Positions 63,405 to 64,000 of a DNA stretch of 64,000 bases are shown here, one piece after another. Made by a program: the position numbers and the translations under genes. How positions within the stretch are numbered: the stretch's first letter is position 1; every line of letters starts with the position of its first letter. The notes beneath the pieces are model-generated. The model worked only from the letters and a program-made list of their open reading frames with translations, did no database searches and was not told where the DNA came from. Origin of the DNA: Camelus ferus (Eukaryota); assembly GCF_009834535.1 (NCBI RefSeq), contig NC_045696.1, positions 46,626,001-46,690,000 on the forward strand. The letters run 5' to 3'.

Positions 63405-63795
63405 TTTTTAAAAGACTTTACTTTTTTTTAGAGCCATTTTAGAGCAATTCACAGCAGAATTGAGAGGAAGGTTCAGAGGTTCCTGTGTATCCCCCCATCC
63501 ACACGTGCACAGCCTCGCTACTATCAGCACCCCCCAATGGGGTGGCCGCTGCACCTATTACAACTTGTGAGCCTACACTGACACAGCGTGATCATCCAAA
63601 GTCTGTGGTTTATTTTCGGGTTCACGCTTGCTGTTGCACATTCTGTGGGCTTGGACAAAGGTACAACGACATGCATCTATCATTATGGTGTCATACAGAG
63701 TATTTTTGCTGCCTTAAAAACCCTTTGTGCTTTTCCTGTTCACCTTCCTGCCCCTCATTCCCAACCCCGGGCAACCACTGATCTTTTACAGTCCC
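63405..63795 (-). mobile_element. L1MC-type 3' end, reverse orientation
   Basis: ttcacagcagaattgagaggaagg..gagcctacactgacaca..catccaaagtc..ttgctgttgcacattctgtgggcttggacaa..ggcaaccactgatctttt. Confidence 0.8.
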
Positions 63796-64000
63796 ATAGT
63801 TTAGAATTACTTCTAATCCTTACAGCTCTACAATTTAGCAATTTCTATCCATGCTGAATGAGCCCAGCTCAGAGAGAGCTTCAAAACTTGTCCAGCCACA
63901 CTTCACAAGTGGCAGAGATGGTTCAAATTCATGTCTGTCTGGGTCCAAAGTTCACGGTTTTCCCACTATTCCCTGCTGCCTTCTTTAAAAAAGAAAAGAA

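Noticed and set aside
1..64000. A novel multi-gene system, operon, CRISPR array or prokaryotic defence locus
   Set aside because: The DNA is mammalian and TE-rich with no long ORFs (maximum 205 aa) and no repeat-spacer array.
420..64000. piRNA cluster precursor driven by the CpG/CRE promoter
   Set aside because: It cannot be supported from sequence alone, the early splice donor argues against a long first exon, and there are no small-RNA data.

Overview
This is mammalian genomic DNA, most likely camelid (alpaca/camel). The assignment rests on a Vic-1-type tRNA-derived SINE at ~43.4-43.5 kb and camelid/cetartiodactyl-style L1 3' ends; I saw no Alu, Bov-A or PRE-1 elements. I recognise no protein-coding gene, and the ORF track looks like chance ORFs in repeats and non-coding DNA. 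The window is intergenic or intronic and rich in transposable elements: MIR, L2, old L1M, MaLR/MLT1, MER21, MER5/MER3 and a nested cluster of ERV solo LTRs at 27.9-37.4 kb. A small CpG-rich promoter-like element with two CRE-like sites and a strong splice donor lies at ~420-636. The most distinctive sequence-supported observations are three. (1) A full-length U6 snRNA/L1 3'-end chimeric retrocopy with a target-site duplication (TSD) at 25.5-25.7 kb. (2) A 137-bp orphan polyadenylated retro-insertion with a perfect 18-bp TSD at 10.1-10.3 kb. (3) A composite templated insertion at 37.87-38.03 kb made of copies of two nearby loci joined by a (TAT)n tract. I found no evidence for a new multi-gene biological system. 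Repeat family names are from recall and need RepeatMasker/Dfam confirmation.
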